Assembly: GCA_964385045.1 (NCBI GenBank)
Contig: CAYLNM010000002.1
Coordinates: 12,867 to 76,866, forward strand
Origin: an uncultured Isosphaeraceae bacterium
Lineage (GTDB): Bacteria; Planctomycetota; Phycisphaerae; Phycisphaerales; SM1A02
Length of the DNA stretch: 64,000 nt
Direction of reading: 5' to 3'
In this document: piece after piece, positions 48,564 to 59,560 of the stretch
Layout: every line of letters starts with the position of its first letter
Numbering within the stretch: the first letter of the stretch is position 1
Made by a program: the position numbers and the translations under genes
Notes under the pieces: generated by a model
Databases searched by the model: none
What the model saw: the letters and a program-made list of their open reading frames with translations, nothing else
Told to the model about the DNA's origin: nothing

Positions 48564-49865
48564 ATGCGCACCCGAACGACCTTCGCCGTGGCCGCGGTCG
48601 GCCTCAGCCTCGGCGGCCTCCTCGCCGCCCCCGCCTTCGCCGAGCCGCCGGCCAACCCGTGGCAGGCCTTCGTCAGCTGGTACCAGGAGCAGGCCTCGGA
48701 CGGCGAGCAGCCCGGCCCGGACGCGATGCGGGCCAAGGTCATGGAGATGGCGGAGGGCGTCGAGTTCTCGTCCATGTCGTTCGACGAGATCCGGCCGTGG
48801 ATGGACCTCGTCCGCTTCGCCCCGAACCTGCAGGAGGCGATCGACGCCCGCATGTCGACGCTCGCGGGCGAGGACAGCGTCGACGGCGCCAAGGTGGCGA
48901 TCTCGCGGCTCGGCCGCGCCCGCATGATGGACGAGGCGCAGGCGATCGAGGCCCTCGGCGACGCGATGGACCACCCGAAGTTCGAGGAGGCCCTGATGGC
49001 CGGCGAGGCCTCCGCGTTCCTGCGGGCCCTCGGCAGCGTCCCCGCCCCCGCGGTCGAGGCCCACGCCGACCGCATCCGCGGCCTCGCCCGGCTGGTGGAC
49101 GCGGACATGGAGCCGGCCGAGGTCGGCTCGCTGCGGTCCTTCGCCGAGGCCCTCCGCACCCACGAGTCGATCCTCGGGGCGGAGTTCGTCGAGTCGACCC
49201 GCACGCGGATCGTCGACCGGATGAAGCGGGCCACCGAGACGCTGCGGGAGACCGGTGCCGACGACCGCATGATCGAGCAGATGGAGCGGTCGCTCGCCTA
49301 CGTCGACGGGGCCTACATGCGCGGCGAGCTCGTCGGGCACGAGGCGCCGACGATCAGCTTCGACTGGTGGAGCGGCGACGAGGACGTCGACAGGCTCGCC
49401 GACCTGAAGGGCGAGGTCGTCGTCCTCGACTTCTGGGCCACCTGGTGCGGTCCGTGCATCGCCTCGATGCCGAACATCCGCGAGCTCGTGCAGCACTACC
49501 AGGGCTATCCGGTGCGCGTCGTCGGCGTCACCAGCCTGCAGGGCACGCACTACCCGCAGGGCGGCGAGCCGATCGACACCGAGGGCGACCCCGAGAAGGA
49601 GTACGGCCTCATGCCGGAGTTCATGGAGTCGCTGGAGATGACCTGGCCGGTGGCGTTCTCGAGCGAGAACGTCTTCAACCCGGACTACGGCGTCCGCGGC
49701 ATCCCGCACGTGGCGATCATCGACCCCACCGGCGTCGTGCGTCACCGCGGACTGCACCCCGCCAACAGCCTCGCCTCCAAGGCGGAGAAGATCGACGCCC
49801 TGCTCGCCGAGGCCGGCCTGCCGCATCCGGCGCCGGTCGCGGCCGAGACCGCCGGCGGCGAGTGA
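48564..49865 (+). CDS. Secreted thiol-disulfide oxidoreductase (TlpA/ResA-like redoxin) with long helical N-domain
   Basis: Signal peptide MRTRTTFAVAAVGLSLGGLLAAPAFA. The thioredoxin-fold core is VVVLDFWATWCGPCIASMP...GIPHVAIIDPTG. About 260 aa of unassigned sequence precede it. Confidence 0.85.
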   Translation: MRTRTTFAVAAVGLSLGGLLAAPAFAEPPANPWQAFVSWYQEQASDGEQPGPDAMRAKVMEMAEGVEFSSMSFDEIRPWMDLVRFAPNLQEAIDARMSTLAGEDSVDGAKVAISRLGRARMMDEAQAIEALGDAMDHPKFEEALMAGEASAFLRALGSVPAPAVEAHADRIRGLARLVDADMEPAEVGSLRSFAEALRTHESILGAEFVESTRTRIVDRMKRATETLRETGADDRMIEQMERSLAYVDGAYMRGELVGHEAPTISFDWWSGDEDVDRLADLKGEVVVLDFWATWCGPCIASMPNIRELVQHYQGYPVRVVGVTSLQGTHYPQGGEPIDTEGDPEKEYGLMPEFMESLEMTWPVAFSSENVFNPDYGVRGIPHVAIIDPTGVVRHRGLHPANSLASKAEKIDALLAEAGLPHPAPVAAETAGGE

Positions 49866-50004
49866 TCCCGGTCGCGGCCCGGGCCGCGACTCCGTGATCG
49901 AACGCACGACGAGGCCCCGCGCTCCGGCGCGGGGCCTCGTCGCGCGGGGGCGACGGGCGCGGGCGGAGACCGCTCGCCCACCGCGCCGATCGGCGCCGGT
50001 CGGC

Positions 50005-50595
50005 TCAGTCGTCCGCCAGCTCGCGGGCGAGCCACGCCCGGGCCATCCGCCAGTCGTGCTCGACCGTGGTCACCGAGACGTCGAGCAGCCGGGCGACCTC
50101 GGGGACGGTGAGGCCGCCGAAGAATCGCAGCTCCACCACGCGGGCCATCCGCGGATCGAGCTCGCCGAGTCGGCGCAGCGCCTCGTCGATCTCCGGCAGG
50201 TCGTCGCGAGCGACCTCGGCCACCGCCTCGTCGCCGAGGAGCGGACGGGGCCGGTCGCCGCCGCCGCGCTTCGCCGCCCGGCGGCGCCGGGCATGGTCGA
50301 CGAGGATCTGCCGCATGGCGGTGGCGGCGAGGGCGAGGAAGTGCGAGCGGTCGCGCTCGGCCAGGCCGTCCTCGGCCGCCGCGGCGATGCGCACCCAGGC
50401 CTCGTTCACGAGGGCCGTCGGCTGCAGCGTGTGATCGGCGGGCTGCCCGCGGAAGCACCGAGCGGCGATCGCCCGGAGCTCGGGGTAGAGCGCCTGCAGC
50501 AGCCGCTCGCCCGCGGCCTCGTCGCCGCCGGCGTAGGTGGTCAGGTCGGCCACGACCCGGCGCGCCCCCGCGTCGTCGATGCCCGTCTCGCTCAC
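50005..50595 (-). CDS. ECF-type RNA polymerase sigma factor (PF07638/TIGR02999-like)
   Basis: GTG at 50595. Motifs are AGERLLQALYPELRAIA, TLQPTALVNEAWVRI, LDPRMARVVELRFFGGLTVPEVARLLDVSVTTVEHDWRMARAWL. Confidence 0.88.
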   Translation of the reverse strand: MSETGIDDAGARRVVADLTTYAGGDEAAGERLLQALYPELRAIAARCFRGQPADHTLQPTALVNEAWVRIAAAAEDGLAERDRSHFLALAATAMRQILVDHARRRRAAKRGGGDRPRPLLGDEAVAEVARDDLPEIDEALRRLGELDPRMARVVELRFFGGLTVPEVARLLDVSVTTVEHDWRMARAWLARELADD

Positions 50596-50709
50596 GGAAC
50601 AAGTGTAGGAAGGCCGGCGCGCGGGCGCACGCCCCGGACGGGCGCTCCGCCCCGGAGCGGCCGGCGGCCCACGGCGGCTCCTCGCGGCCAGGTCCGATAC
50701 GCTGCCCGC

Positions 50710-51228
50710 ATGAGCAGCGAGCCGGCCCGGACCCCCGAGACCGCGGTCACCGGCGCATCCGCTGCGCCGCCGCCCGCGGCCGCTCCCGCCCTCGACCCGC
50801 TGCTCGCGGCGTGGCTCCGGACCGGTCCCTCGGCCTGCCCCCGCTGCCGCTACGACGTCTCCGCGGCCGCCCGCCCGGCCTGTCCCGAGTGCGGGATGCC
50901 GCTGCGACTCCACGTCGGGCTGGCCGACCCGGTCACGCTGCCGTGGACGATCGTGCTCACGCTGCTCGCCCTCGCCCCGGGCCTCGCCGGACTCATGGTC
51001 TTCGGGACGATCCTGCACGAGCTGATCAACGACGGCCGCATCCTGCTCCGCCGGCCCGCCGGGCCGCTGCTCGCGATCCTCCCCGTGGTGGTGGTGCCGC
51101 CGATCCTCTGGATCGCGGGCCGGCGACGGCTGGTACGCCTCGCCCCGGGCCCCCGCCGCGTGAGCCTCGGCCTGTTCACCGCGATCGCGTTCGTCACGAT
51201 CGTCCTCGCGGTGAGCCGGCTCTCATGA
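50710..51228 (+). CDS. Zinc-ribbon membrane protein (paralog 1)
   Basis: CPRCRYDV(8)CPECGMPL is followed by 3-4 hydrophobic segments. Codons are GC3-rich. The gene is divergent from the ECF sigma gene across a 114-bp spacer. Confidence 0.65.
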   Translation: MSSEPARTPETAVTGASAAPPPAAAPALDPLLAAWLRTGPSACPRCRYDVSAAARPACPECGMPLRLHVGLADPVTLPWTIVLTLLALAPGLAGLMVFGTILHELINDGRILLRRPAGPLLAILPVVVVPPILWIAGRRRLVRLAPGPRRVSLGLFTAIAFVTIVLAVSRLS

Positions 51229-51677
51229 GCGGCCCCGCCCCGGACGCCCGCACCCGCGTGCTCGCGGACGTCGTGCGCCGCGATCACCCCCCCTGTCCCG
51301 CGTGCCGCCGGCCGCTCGAGGAGCTCGACGCGACCGCCTGCCCGCGCTGCCGCACGTCGCTCGTCCTGACGCTCGATCCGCGCGGCAGCGGGACCGGTCC
51401 CTGGGCGTTCGGGGTGCTCGCGGCCGCGGTCGGCGCCGGCTTCTACGTGCTCTCGGCGGTGGTGATCCTGCCCCGACTCCTGCGGCCGGGGTCCGGCTGG
51501 TCGGTGGTGGAACGGATCAGCTGGGCCACGGGTCTCGTGCTCACGGTCGGCCTGCTGCTCGCCTGGCTGCTCGCGCGCCGGCGCGTGCGTCGGTGGCCGC
51601 ACGCCGCGATCACCGGGGCCGCGATCGCCACGCTGCTGTTCGGCCTCGGCTCGATCGTGGTGCTCGTGCTGCTCTGA
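51225..51677 (+). CDS. Zinc-ribbon membrane protein (paralog 2)
   Basis: ATGA overlap with paralog 1. CPACRRPL(8)CPRCRTSL is followed by 3-4 hydrophobic segments. Confidence 0.65.
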   Translation: MSGPAPDARTRVLADVVRRDHPPCPACRRPLEELDATACPRCRTSLVLTLDPRGSGTGPWAFGVLAAAVGAGFYVLSAVVILPRLLRPGSGWSVVERISWATGLVLTVGLLLAWLLARRRVRRWPHAAITGAAIATLLFGLGSIVVLVLL

Positions 51678-51737
51678 GGGCGACGACCACCCGTCCGCCG
51701 GCGCGTCGTACGCGCACTCCCGCGTCCCTCGCCCGCC

Positions 51738-53138
51738 TCAGCCCCCGATCCGGTCCCGCCCGTTCATGTAGTGCCGCAGCGGCCCCGGGATCGCGATCGA
51801 ACCGTCGGCCTGCTGGTGCATCTCGATGATCGGGATGAGGATCCGCGGGCTCGCGGCGACCGTGTTGTTGAGGCTGTGGCAGTGGACGGTCTTCCCGTTC
51901 TCCCCGCGGTACCGCAGGTCCAGGCGCCGGCACTGGAAGTCGTAGAGCCGCGAGGCCGAGTGCGTCTCGCCCCACTCGCCCGAGGGCACGCCGGCCGCGT
52001 CCTCGTCGCCGCGGCTGGGCATCCAGCACTCGACGTCGATCATGTCCGCGTTCTTGACCCCGAGGTCGGCGGTGCAGCACTGCAGGAGCCGGTACGGCAG
52101 CTCGAGCGACTGCAGCAGCTGCTCGACGATCTCGATCATGCGGCGGTGCCAGTCGCGGCTCTCGGCCTCGTCGGCCCGGCAGATCACGACCTGCTCGCAC
52201 TTCTCGAACTGGTGGATGCGGTACAGGCCCGCGGTGTCCTTGCCCGCCGCCCCGGCCTCCCGGCGGAAGCACGTCGAGACGGTCGCGTACTTCAGCGGCA
52301 GCTCGGACTCGTCCAGGATCTCGCCCGCCCGGTAGCCCATCAGTCCGACCTCGCCCGTGCCGGTCAGGTACAGGTCGTGCCCGGCCCCCCGCGACGCCTC
52401 GTCCACGTGGTACGCGGTGTCGCGGCCCGCGGGGAAGAATCCGGTGCCGATCATGCACTCCTCGCGGACGATGACGGGCACCGACACCGGCTCGAAGCCG
52501 TGGGTCTCGGTGATGAGGTCGAGGGCGTAGCGCAGGATCGCCTGGTGCAGCCGCATGCCGTCGCCGACGAGGCAGTAGTGCCGGGTGCCGGCCATCCGCA
52601 CCGCCCGCTCGAAGTCGACGAGGCCGTGGTCGAGCATCAGGTCGACGTGCGACCGCGGCGCGAAGCCGCGGTTCTCGGCGAAGGACCGCTCGGCGTCCCA
52701 GCCCGGCGGCGCCCAGCGGCGGATCTCGACGTTGTCGTCGGCGGACTCGCCCGTGGGCACGTCCGGATCCGGCGGCTGCGGCACCCGCAGCAGCAGGGCC
52801 TCCCACTCCTCGGTCAGCTCCTGCAGCCGTCCGTCGAACGCCTGGACCTCGGCCTTGAGCCGAACCGGCGTGGCCTCGAGCTCGCGGAGCTCGGCCTCCA
52901 GGGCGTCGCGCTCCTCGCCCTCGGCCTTCTTCAGGCGTCCCTTCAGCTGTCCGATCCGCGGCCCGATCTCCTTGGAGAGGCGCTTCTGCTCCGCGCGGGC
53001 CGACTCCTGCTCGCTCATGAGCGTGCGACGCTCCTCGTCGAGCCGCAGCAGCCGCTCCACGTCCACGTCGATCCGCTTGTCCCGGGCCCCCCGCTTGAAG
53101 CGGTCGGGGTCCTCGCGCAGCGCCTTCACGTCGATCAT
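51738..53138 (-). CDS. serS: Seryl-tRNA synthetase
   Basis: The N-terminal coiled coil MIDVKALREDPD.F......R is followed by class II motifs (YLTGTGEV, FRREAGAAGKDT.GLYRIHQFEKCE, GETHSASRLYDFQCRRL). Confidence 0.96.
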   Translation of the reverse strand: MIDVKALREDPDRFKRGARDKRIDVDVERLLRLDEERRTLMSEQESARAEQKRLSKEIGPRIGQLKGRLKKAEGEERDALEAELRELEATPVRLKAEVQAFDGRLQELTEEWEALLLRVPQPPDPDVPTGESADDNVEIRRWAPPGWDAERSFAENRGFAPRSHVDLMLDHGLVDFERAVRMAGTRHYCLVGDGMRLHQAILRYALDLITETHGFEPVSVPVIVREECMIGTGFFPAGRDTAYHVDEASRGAGHDLYLTGTGEVGLMGYRAGEILDESELPLKYATVSTCFRREAGAAGKDTAGLYRIHQFEKCEQVVICRADEAESRDWHRRMIEIVEQLLQSLELPYRLLQCCTADLGVKNADMIDVECWMPSRGDEDAAGVPSGEWGETHSASRLYDFQCRRLDLRYRGENGKTVHCHSLNNTVAASPRILIPIIEMHQQADGSIAIPGPLRHYMNGRDRIGG

Positions 53139-53279
53139 GCGGGGATCGCCTCCAGGCCGCCGCGATCCGCGTCCGCGGCGGATCGGTCACTGTAGCGATC
53201 GCCCCGGGGGTCGCAACGCGGTCGCGCGACGGGCCGGTCGCGGGCCCCGGCCGCCCGCCTGGCGGCGCGTTCCCGCACC

Positions 53280-54188
53280 TCAGCGGCGATAGCGTGGCGG
53301 CAGGGCCCAGTTGAGCTTGTCCTGCACGATCGTCCAGTAGCTCGTGCCGGGGTCGGCGATCATCGTGCCCGAGGCGGCCCCCGGCCGGATCTCGACCACG
53401 TCGCCCGCGGCGAGGGTGCGGACGACCTCGCCGTCTCGCATCAGGCTCGTGCCCTCGTTCGCCCGCTCCACGCGGACGCGCAGCTCCGCCCGTCCGCCGA
53501 GCACGATCGGCCGGAAGGCGAGGCTGTGCGCCGCGAGCGGCGTGATGACCAGGGCGTCGACCGACGGGTGGACGATGGGCCCCCCCGCCGACGCCGAGTA
53601 CGCGGTCGAGCCGGTCGGGGTCGCCATCACGAGGCCGTCGCCCGCGAGCCGCGGCCCCCCCGCGCCGTCGATGTCGAGATCCAGCTCGACCATGCGGAAC
53701 GGCGGCCCGCTCGCGATCGCGCAGTCGTTGACCGCGAGGCCCTCGTCGAGCACCTCGCCGTCCGCGTTGCACACCGACCAGCCGGCGAAGCGGTGCTCGA
53801 GGCGCGGCAGGCGGCCGGCGAACAGGTCGCTCGCGCACGCCTCCAGCCGCTCGCAGTCGAACTCGGCGAGGAACCCGAGGCGTCCGACGTTCACGCCCGC
53901 GATCGGCACCCCGGCCGGCCCGAGCCGCCGCAGGTGCCGGATGATGGTGCCGTCGCCCCCGATCACCACCGCGAGGTCCACGTTCTCGGGCACCGCCGCC
54001 CCGTCGTGGCTCGCGTCCGAGCGCGACACGACGTCGGCGTGGGCACCCACGATCCGCTCGACCGACCCGTGGACGTCGGCGACGTCGGTGCGGTCCCAGT
54101 CGGCCACGAGGCTGACCCGCGGGCGGCTCACGCCCCGGCCCCGCGACGATTCCGTGCGCCGCGACCGCCCGTGGTGACCGCGGCGCAC
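53280..54188 (-). CDS. nadK: NAD kinase
   Basis: VVIGGDGTIIR, GVNVGRLGFLAEF and ATPTGSTAYSASAGGPIVHP. The start is uncertain, with in-frame GTGs at 54131 and 54116. Confidence 0.9.
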   Translation of the reverse strand: MRRGHHGRSRRTESSRGRGVSRPRVSLVADWDRTDVADVHGSVERIVGAHADVVSRSDASHDGAAVPENVDLAVVIGGDGTIIRHLRRLGPAGVPIAGVNVGRLGFLAEFDCERLEACASDLFAGRLPRLEHRFAGWSVCNADGEVLDEGLAVNDCAIASGPPFRMVELDLDIDGAGGPRLAGDGLVMATPTGSTAYSASAGGPIVHPSVDALVITPLAAHSLAFRPIVLGGRAELRVRVERANEGTSLMRDGEVVRTLAAGDVVEIRPGAASGTMIADPGTSYWTIVQDKLNWALPPRYRR

Positions 54189-54243
54189 GCGGCGGTCGCC
54201 CGCCCGCGCCGCGCCGTCGGCGTTCCCGCCCCCCGCCGCCGGC

Positions 54244-55191
<948 letters not shown>

Positions 55192-55194
55192 GGG

Positions 55195-57831
55195 TCAGGA
55201 CTCCCCGGCGGGCGGCCCCGCCTCGGTCTCGGCCCTCGCCCGGGCCGCCTCCAGCTCGGGCGAGAACGCGCGATCGACGACGGTCTCCAGCGGCAGGATC
55301 CACCGCATCATCACCGTGCCGCGCCCGCCGACCCGCTCGCCGTCCACCGTCAGCGGCACCGGGATCGGCACGTCATCCACGAAGCCCATCACGATCACGC
55401 ACGGCCGGGCGAACCACGCCGAGAGGTCGAGCTCGCGTCCGGCGACCCGCTCGAGGGCGACCGTCTCCTCGCGGCGCCCCTCGGCGTCGAGCATCCACGC
55501 CGGCGCGGGCAGCTGGTCGAAGATGCTGAGCATCGAGAGCACGCGCCGCGGGCCGACGCGGCCCATGGTCGCGTCCGCCGCCATGGTGAGCGACGCGCCG
55601 TCGCTCTCGAAGGGGGCCATCCACGCGTCGACCGCCGCCACGAATCGCGTGTTGACCGGGGGCGTGCCGGGCGAGCGGCCGAGGTCGGGGGCGAGCGGGA
55701 TCCGGCGCCCCGAGTCGAAGGACGGGGCGTAGGACCACATCTCGACCTCGCGATCGAGGCGATCGGGGTCCGTCAGCGGCAGCCGCACCGTCTCCCGGCC
55801 CTCCTCGTCGAGCAGGTACCGCACCCGGGTGAGGCGATCGGATCGCACCCAGATCACCGTCACGTCGCGAATCGCCCCCGGCAGCCGGTTGACCAGCGAG
55901 CCCGCGAGCCGCTCCTCGCCGTCGGGGCCGATCTCGATCCGCACCGGATCGTCCGGGTCCGAGCGGAGGATTCCGCCCCAGTCCTCGGGCAGCGTCCCCC
56001 GCCAGTCGGCGTCGAGCTGGGTCACGGTCGCGCGGGCCGGCAGATCGATCGGTCCCGGAGCCCGCCCGTCGCCGTCCACCGCGTACCGATCGGGGTTCGG
56101 GAAGGGCTGCGGGCGGGCGCGGCCGGCGGGAACCCACGAGTCGAGCCGCGCGCGGCCGCCGGCGGGCACGGTTCCGTCGATCCCGACCGCGGCGGTGCCA
56201 TAGCTCGGCAGGTACAGGCTCATCCAGCTGCGGGCGCGGGCGAGCTGCGGCGGGCCCGCGAGCCCCGCGGCGTCGTCGGCCACCCAGTCGAGCACCGTCA
56301 GGTGCCGCACGTCGACGTCGCGCTTGCGGAGGGCGGTCACCCCCACCCACGCGAAGCCCGTGAAGACCGCGGCGGCGACCACGAAGCCCATCCATGCGTG
56401 GCGCACCTGACCGCGGGCCTTGAGCATCGCGAAGCCGATCGGTCCCGCCAGCAGCCAGTAGCCCACGAAGAGCACGAGCGCCAGCAGCAGGCCGGTGCCC
56501 GCCGCCTCGCTCATCGTGACCTGATCCGCGATCACGCCGCCGTCGCTGAGCCGCCGCTCCGGCGTCCGGCGGGCGACGCGGTCGACCATGCGGCCGAGCT
56601 CGGATGCGGTCGGGTGGGCGGCGCGACGACCGAGGATGCGGTTCCAGAAGGCGTCGGCCTGCGGCAGCGTGTCGGCGAGCCCGTGCCCGAGGCGCACCGC
56701 CTCGAGCCGCGGACTCGTGAGCTCGAGGCCGATCACCGACAGGTGGCCGTGACCGACGGGCCGCCGCATCGCGACGACCTCGCCCTCGTCCGTGACCACG
56801 AGCGGAGCCCAGCCGCGCTCGATGGCGTTCGCCCCGTCGTCACCGCCGAGGTCGGCGAACGAGCGGAAGCCCACGCGGGGATCGTCCGACTCGGGGGCGA
56901 GCGTGCGGCTCTTGGACAGGATCGACAGCAACGAGGACAGCGGCACGTCCTCGACGAGCCGCGGGGCCCGCGTCGGCAGCAGGTCGCCCAGCGGGCCGCC
57001 CGCCGCATCACCGAGTCGCCACGGGTTGCCCGCGAACGGCAGGACGATCACGAGGTGGCCGCCGCCGGCGATCCAGTCCCGCAGGGCCTCCTCCTGCCGC
57101 GCGGTGAGCGCGGTGGGCTCGCCCTCGGACCAGACCACGACCCCGTAGGGATCGAGGCCCGGCCACGCATCGGGCAGGTCCGCGACCTCGAGCGGGACGA
57201 CGCGGGTGTCCTCGTGGGCGGTGAGGACCTCCTCCGTCGCCGTGGGCAGCTGCTGCCGACGGTACGCATCGAGGCCGAGGCGATCACGGCCGATCAGGCC
57301 GACGAGGGCCGTCCGGGGCGGGATCCGGCCCGCGGCCGGAGCCTGGATGATCGCGGTGCCGATCTCGGCCCCGCGGGCGCCGCCCGCCTCGTCGTCGTAC
57401 ACGAAGGCGCGGAGCGTCCAGGTCTGCTGTGGGTCGAGGTCCGGCGGGAGGCCGCCGTAGAGCCACGTGGCGGTGGAGCCGCCCGCGGTGAGAGCGACCA
57501 CCCGCTGGATCTCGGCGATGTCGCCGTCGGCGTTGGGCATCTCCCACTGCACGAGGACGTTGGTGGCGGCCCCGAAGTCGCCGTCGCCGGCCCGTACCGC
57601 CACCCGGATGCCGACCTCGTCGCCGGGACGGTGGATGCCGCCCACTCCGAACGCCTCGGCTCGCTCGGCGTCCGTCGCCCCGGCGAGCCCCAGCTCGACC
57701 CGGGGCTGGGCCGCGGCTCCGGCGGCGGGCAGGAGCAGGCCCGCGAGCGCCACGAGCGCCACGAGCCGCACGGCGGCGGCCGATCGGCGGAGCCGCGGCG
57801 CGATTCGGGGGGCAGGAACGGGGGCGGACAT
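55195..57831 (-). CDS. Large exported/membrane protein of unknown function, possibly an ABC-transporter auxiliary (GldG-like) component
   Basis: ATG at 57831 gives a signal peptide (RLVALVALAGLLLPAAGAAAQ). The segment VVVWSEGEPTALTARQEEALRDWIAGGGHLVIVLP recalls GATase1-like ABC auxiliary domains. There are two central TM segments. The family call is tentative. Confidence 0.65.
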   Translation of the reverse strand: MSAPVPAPRIAPRLRRSAAAVRLVALVALAGLLLPAAGAAAQPRVELGLAGATDAERAEAFGVGGIHRPGDEVGIRVAVRAGDGDFGAATNVLVQWEMPNADGDIAEIQRVVALTAGGSTATWLYGGLPPDLDPQQTWTLRAFVYDDEAGGARGAEIGTAIIQAPAAGRIPPRTALVGLIGRDRLGLDAYRRQQLPTATEEVLTAHEDTRVVPLEVADLPDAWPGLDPYGVVVWSEGEPTALTARQEEALRDWIAGGGHLVIVLPFAGNPWRLGDAAGGPLGDLLPTRAPRLVEDVPLSSLLSILSKSRTLAPESDDPRVGFRSFADLGGDDGANAIERGWAPLVVTDEGEVVAMRRPVGHGHLSVIGLELTSPRLEAVRLGHGLADTLPQADAFWNRILGRRAAHPTASELGRMVDRVARRTPERRLSDGGVIADQVTMSEAAGTGLLLALVLFVGYWLLAGPIGFAMLKARGQVRHAWMGFVVAAAVFTGFAWVGVTALRKRDVDVRHLTVLDWVADDAAGLAGPPQLARARSWMSLYLPSYGTAAVGIDGTVPAGGRARLDSWVPAGRARPQPFPNPDRYAVDGDGRAPGPIDLPARATVTQLDADWRGTLPEDWGGILRSDPDDPVRIEIGPDGEERLAGSLVNRLPGAIRDVTVIWVRSDRLTRVRYLLDEEGRETVRLPLTDPDRLDREVEMWSYAPSFDSGRRIPLAPDLGRSPGTPPVNTRFVAAVDAWMAPFESDGASLTMAADATMGRVGPRRVLSMLSIFDQLPAPAWMLDAEGRREETVALERVAGRELDLSAWFARPCVIVMGFVDDVPIPVPLTVDGERVGGRGTVMMRWILPLETVVDRAFSPELEAARARAETEAGPPAGES

Positions 57832-58033
57832 CGGTGAGGGAGTGTATCCGCGGCGCGGGACGGCCACGGCCGCGGACGCCGTCCCGGCACGAGGGCGAGC
57901 CAGGCGACGCGGGTTCCGCGCCGTCCCCCTCGCCCGGGGGCGGCGGAAGCGGGGCGAGGGTCCGGGAACGCGGCTCAAGTCGCCGCCGGGCCGCGTCGAT
58001 GCCCCCTCCGTGCAGCTGCCACCGATCGGACTG

Positions 58034-58396
58034 ATGGGGCTCGTGCTCGTCGCACTGGTCGCCGCCGCGACGCTGGCCGGCGTGGCCCGCGTCGCGGTCG
58101 GCGAGTACGCCCGGGGCGTGCACTGGCACGACCTCCGCGTGCGGTGCCACCGCATGCGGCGAGAGCGGCTCATGATGCTGATGGAGCTGCAGTCGGAGCA
58201 GGATGAGCTCCACGAGCGGGCGGCGGGGATCGCGGCGATCGGGGCCCGGACCACCGCCGCCGCCGAGGGCGAGGGCGACGGCGAGCCGGCGGGCGACGAC
58301 GCCGGGCACGCCGCCCCGGCCGGCGCCGCCCCGGCCGCCGCCGATCCCGTCGCCGGCCGCGTGGGCCCGGCGCCGCCGAGCCGCGCCGCGGCCTGA
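58034..58396 (+). CDS. Small hypothetical membrane protein
   Basis: The ORF is GC3-rich. It has an N-terminal TM (GLVLVALVAAATLAGV), a helical segment (RRERLMMLMELQSEQDELHERA) and a low-complexity tail. GTG 58010 is an alternative start. Confidence 0.4.
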   Translation: MGLVLVALVAAATLAGVARVAVGEYARGVHWHDLRVRCHRMRRERLMMLMELQSEQDELHERAAGIAAIGARTTAAAEGEGDGEPAGDDAGHAAPAGAAPAAADPVAGRVGPAPPSRAAA

Positions 58397-58486
58397 GCTC
58401 CGCTCATTCCCGCTCCCGGGGCCGGCACGCCGGCGGCACCACCCGGTGCACGCCCGAGCCCGCGGTCCGGTCGCCGCCTCCCTCGG

Positions 58487-59560
58487 TCAGCGGCCCGGAC
58501 CGCTCGTCCGCCAACCGCCGCCGTCGGGCCGCGAGGCGGACGAGGCCTCCCGGCCGAGCATCCGCCAGCAGGCCTCCAGCACCTCGGGCATGCCCTCCCC
58601 CGTCGCCCCGCTCGCCACGAGCAGCGGCGTCTCGGGGTCGAGACGCAAGCCGCGCCGGATCGTTCGGATCCGCTCCTCGCGTTCGTCCGCGGGCACGAGG
58701 TCGACCTTGTTGAGGACGACGATCTCGGGCTTCTCGGCGAGCACCGGCGAGTAGGCCAGCAGCTCCTCGCGGATGATGGCGTGGTTCGCGACGGCCTCGG
58801 TGCCGTCGAGCGGGGCCACGTCGAGCACGTGCAGCAGGACCTCGGTGCGCTCGACATGGCGGAGGAAGTCGTGGCCGAGCCCGGCCCCCGACGCGGCCCC
58901 GTCGATGAGTCCGGGGATGTCGGCGAGGACCAGCCGGCGGCTGCCGTCTCCCGGCAGCTCGGCGATCCCCAGGTGCGGCTGCAGGGTCGTGAACGGATAG
59001 TCGGCGACCTTGGGCCGGCTGCGGGTGACCGCCCCGAGCATCGTCGACTTGCCGGCGTTGGGCAGCCCGACGAGACCGACGTCGGCGATGAGCTTGAGCT
59101 CGAGCCGGAGCGCCCGTTCCTCGTACGGCTCGCCGGGCGTCCACTCGCGCGGCGTCTGGTGGGTCGCGCTCTTGAACGACTCGTTGCCCCGGCCGCCGCG
59201 GCCGCCGCGGGCGACCACCAGACGCTGGCCGTGCTCGCGAATCTCCCCGACGGGCTCCCCGGAGTCGCGGTCGAAGACCACCGTGCCCGGCGGCACCGAC
59301 ACCTCGAGGTCGTCGGCGTCGTGTCCGTGCCGCTGCTTGCCCATGCCGTGGCCACCCGCCTCGGCCCGGTAGTGCGGCCGCGGCGTCAGCGGCAGCAGCG
59401 TGCTCAGCGACCGGTCGCCGACGAGCACGACGTCGCCGCCCCGCCCCCCGTCCCCGCCGTCGGGCCCGCCCTTGGGGACGAACTTCTCCCGCCGGAACGA
59501 CAGGCAGCCGTCGCCCCCTCGACCGGAGCGGACGTAGATGACGGTCTCGTCGATCAGCAT
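58487..59560 (-). CDS. obg: GTPase Obg/CgtA
   Basis: MLIDETVIYVRSGRGGDGCLSFRREKFVPKGGPDGGDGGRGGDV (Obg fold), then G1 GLPNAGKST, DIPGLI and NKVD. Confidence 0.96.
   Translation of the reverse strand: MLIDETVIYVRSGRGGDGCLSFRREKFVPKGGPDGGDGGRGGDVVLVGDRSLSTLLPLTPRPHYRAEAGGHGMGKQRHGHDADDLEVSVPPGTVVFDRDSGEPVGEIREHGQRLVVARGGRGGRGNESFKSATHQTPREWTPGEPYEERALRLELKLIADVGLVGLPNAGKSTMLGAVTRSRPKVADYPFTTLQPHLGIAELPGDGSRRLVLADIPGLIDGAASGAGLGHDFLRHVERTEVLLHVLDVAPLDGTEAVANHAIIREELLAYSPVLAEKPEIVVLNKVDLVPADEREERIRTIRRGLRLDPETPLLVASGATGEGMPEVLEACWRMLGREASSASRPDGGGWRTSGPGR

Noticed and set aside
45287-49897. 1536-aa plus-strand ORF spanning rnd, tilS and the redoxin gene. ORF 46905..49907 on the minus strand is similar.
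   Set aside because: There are no motifs and the Arg/Pro/Gly content is extreme. The ORF overlaps three well-supported genes that lie in other frames or on the other strand.
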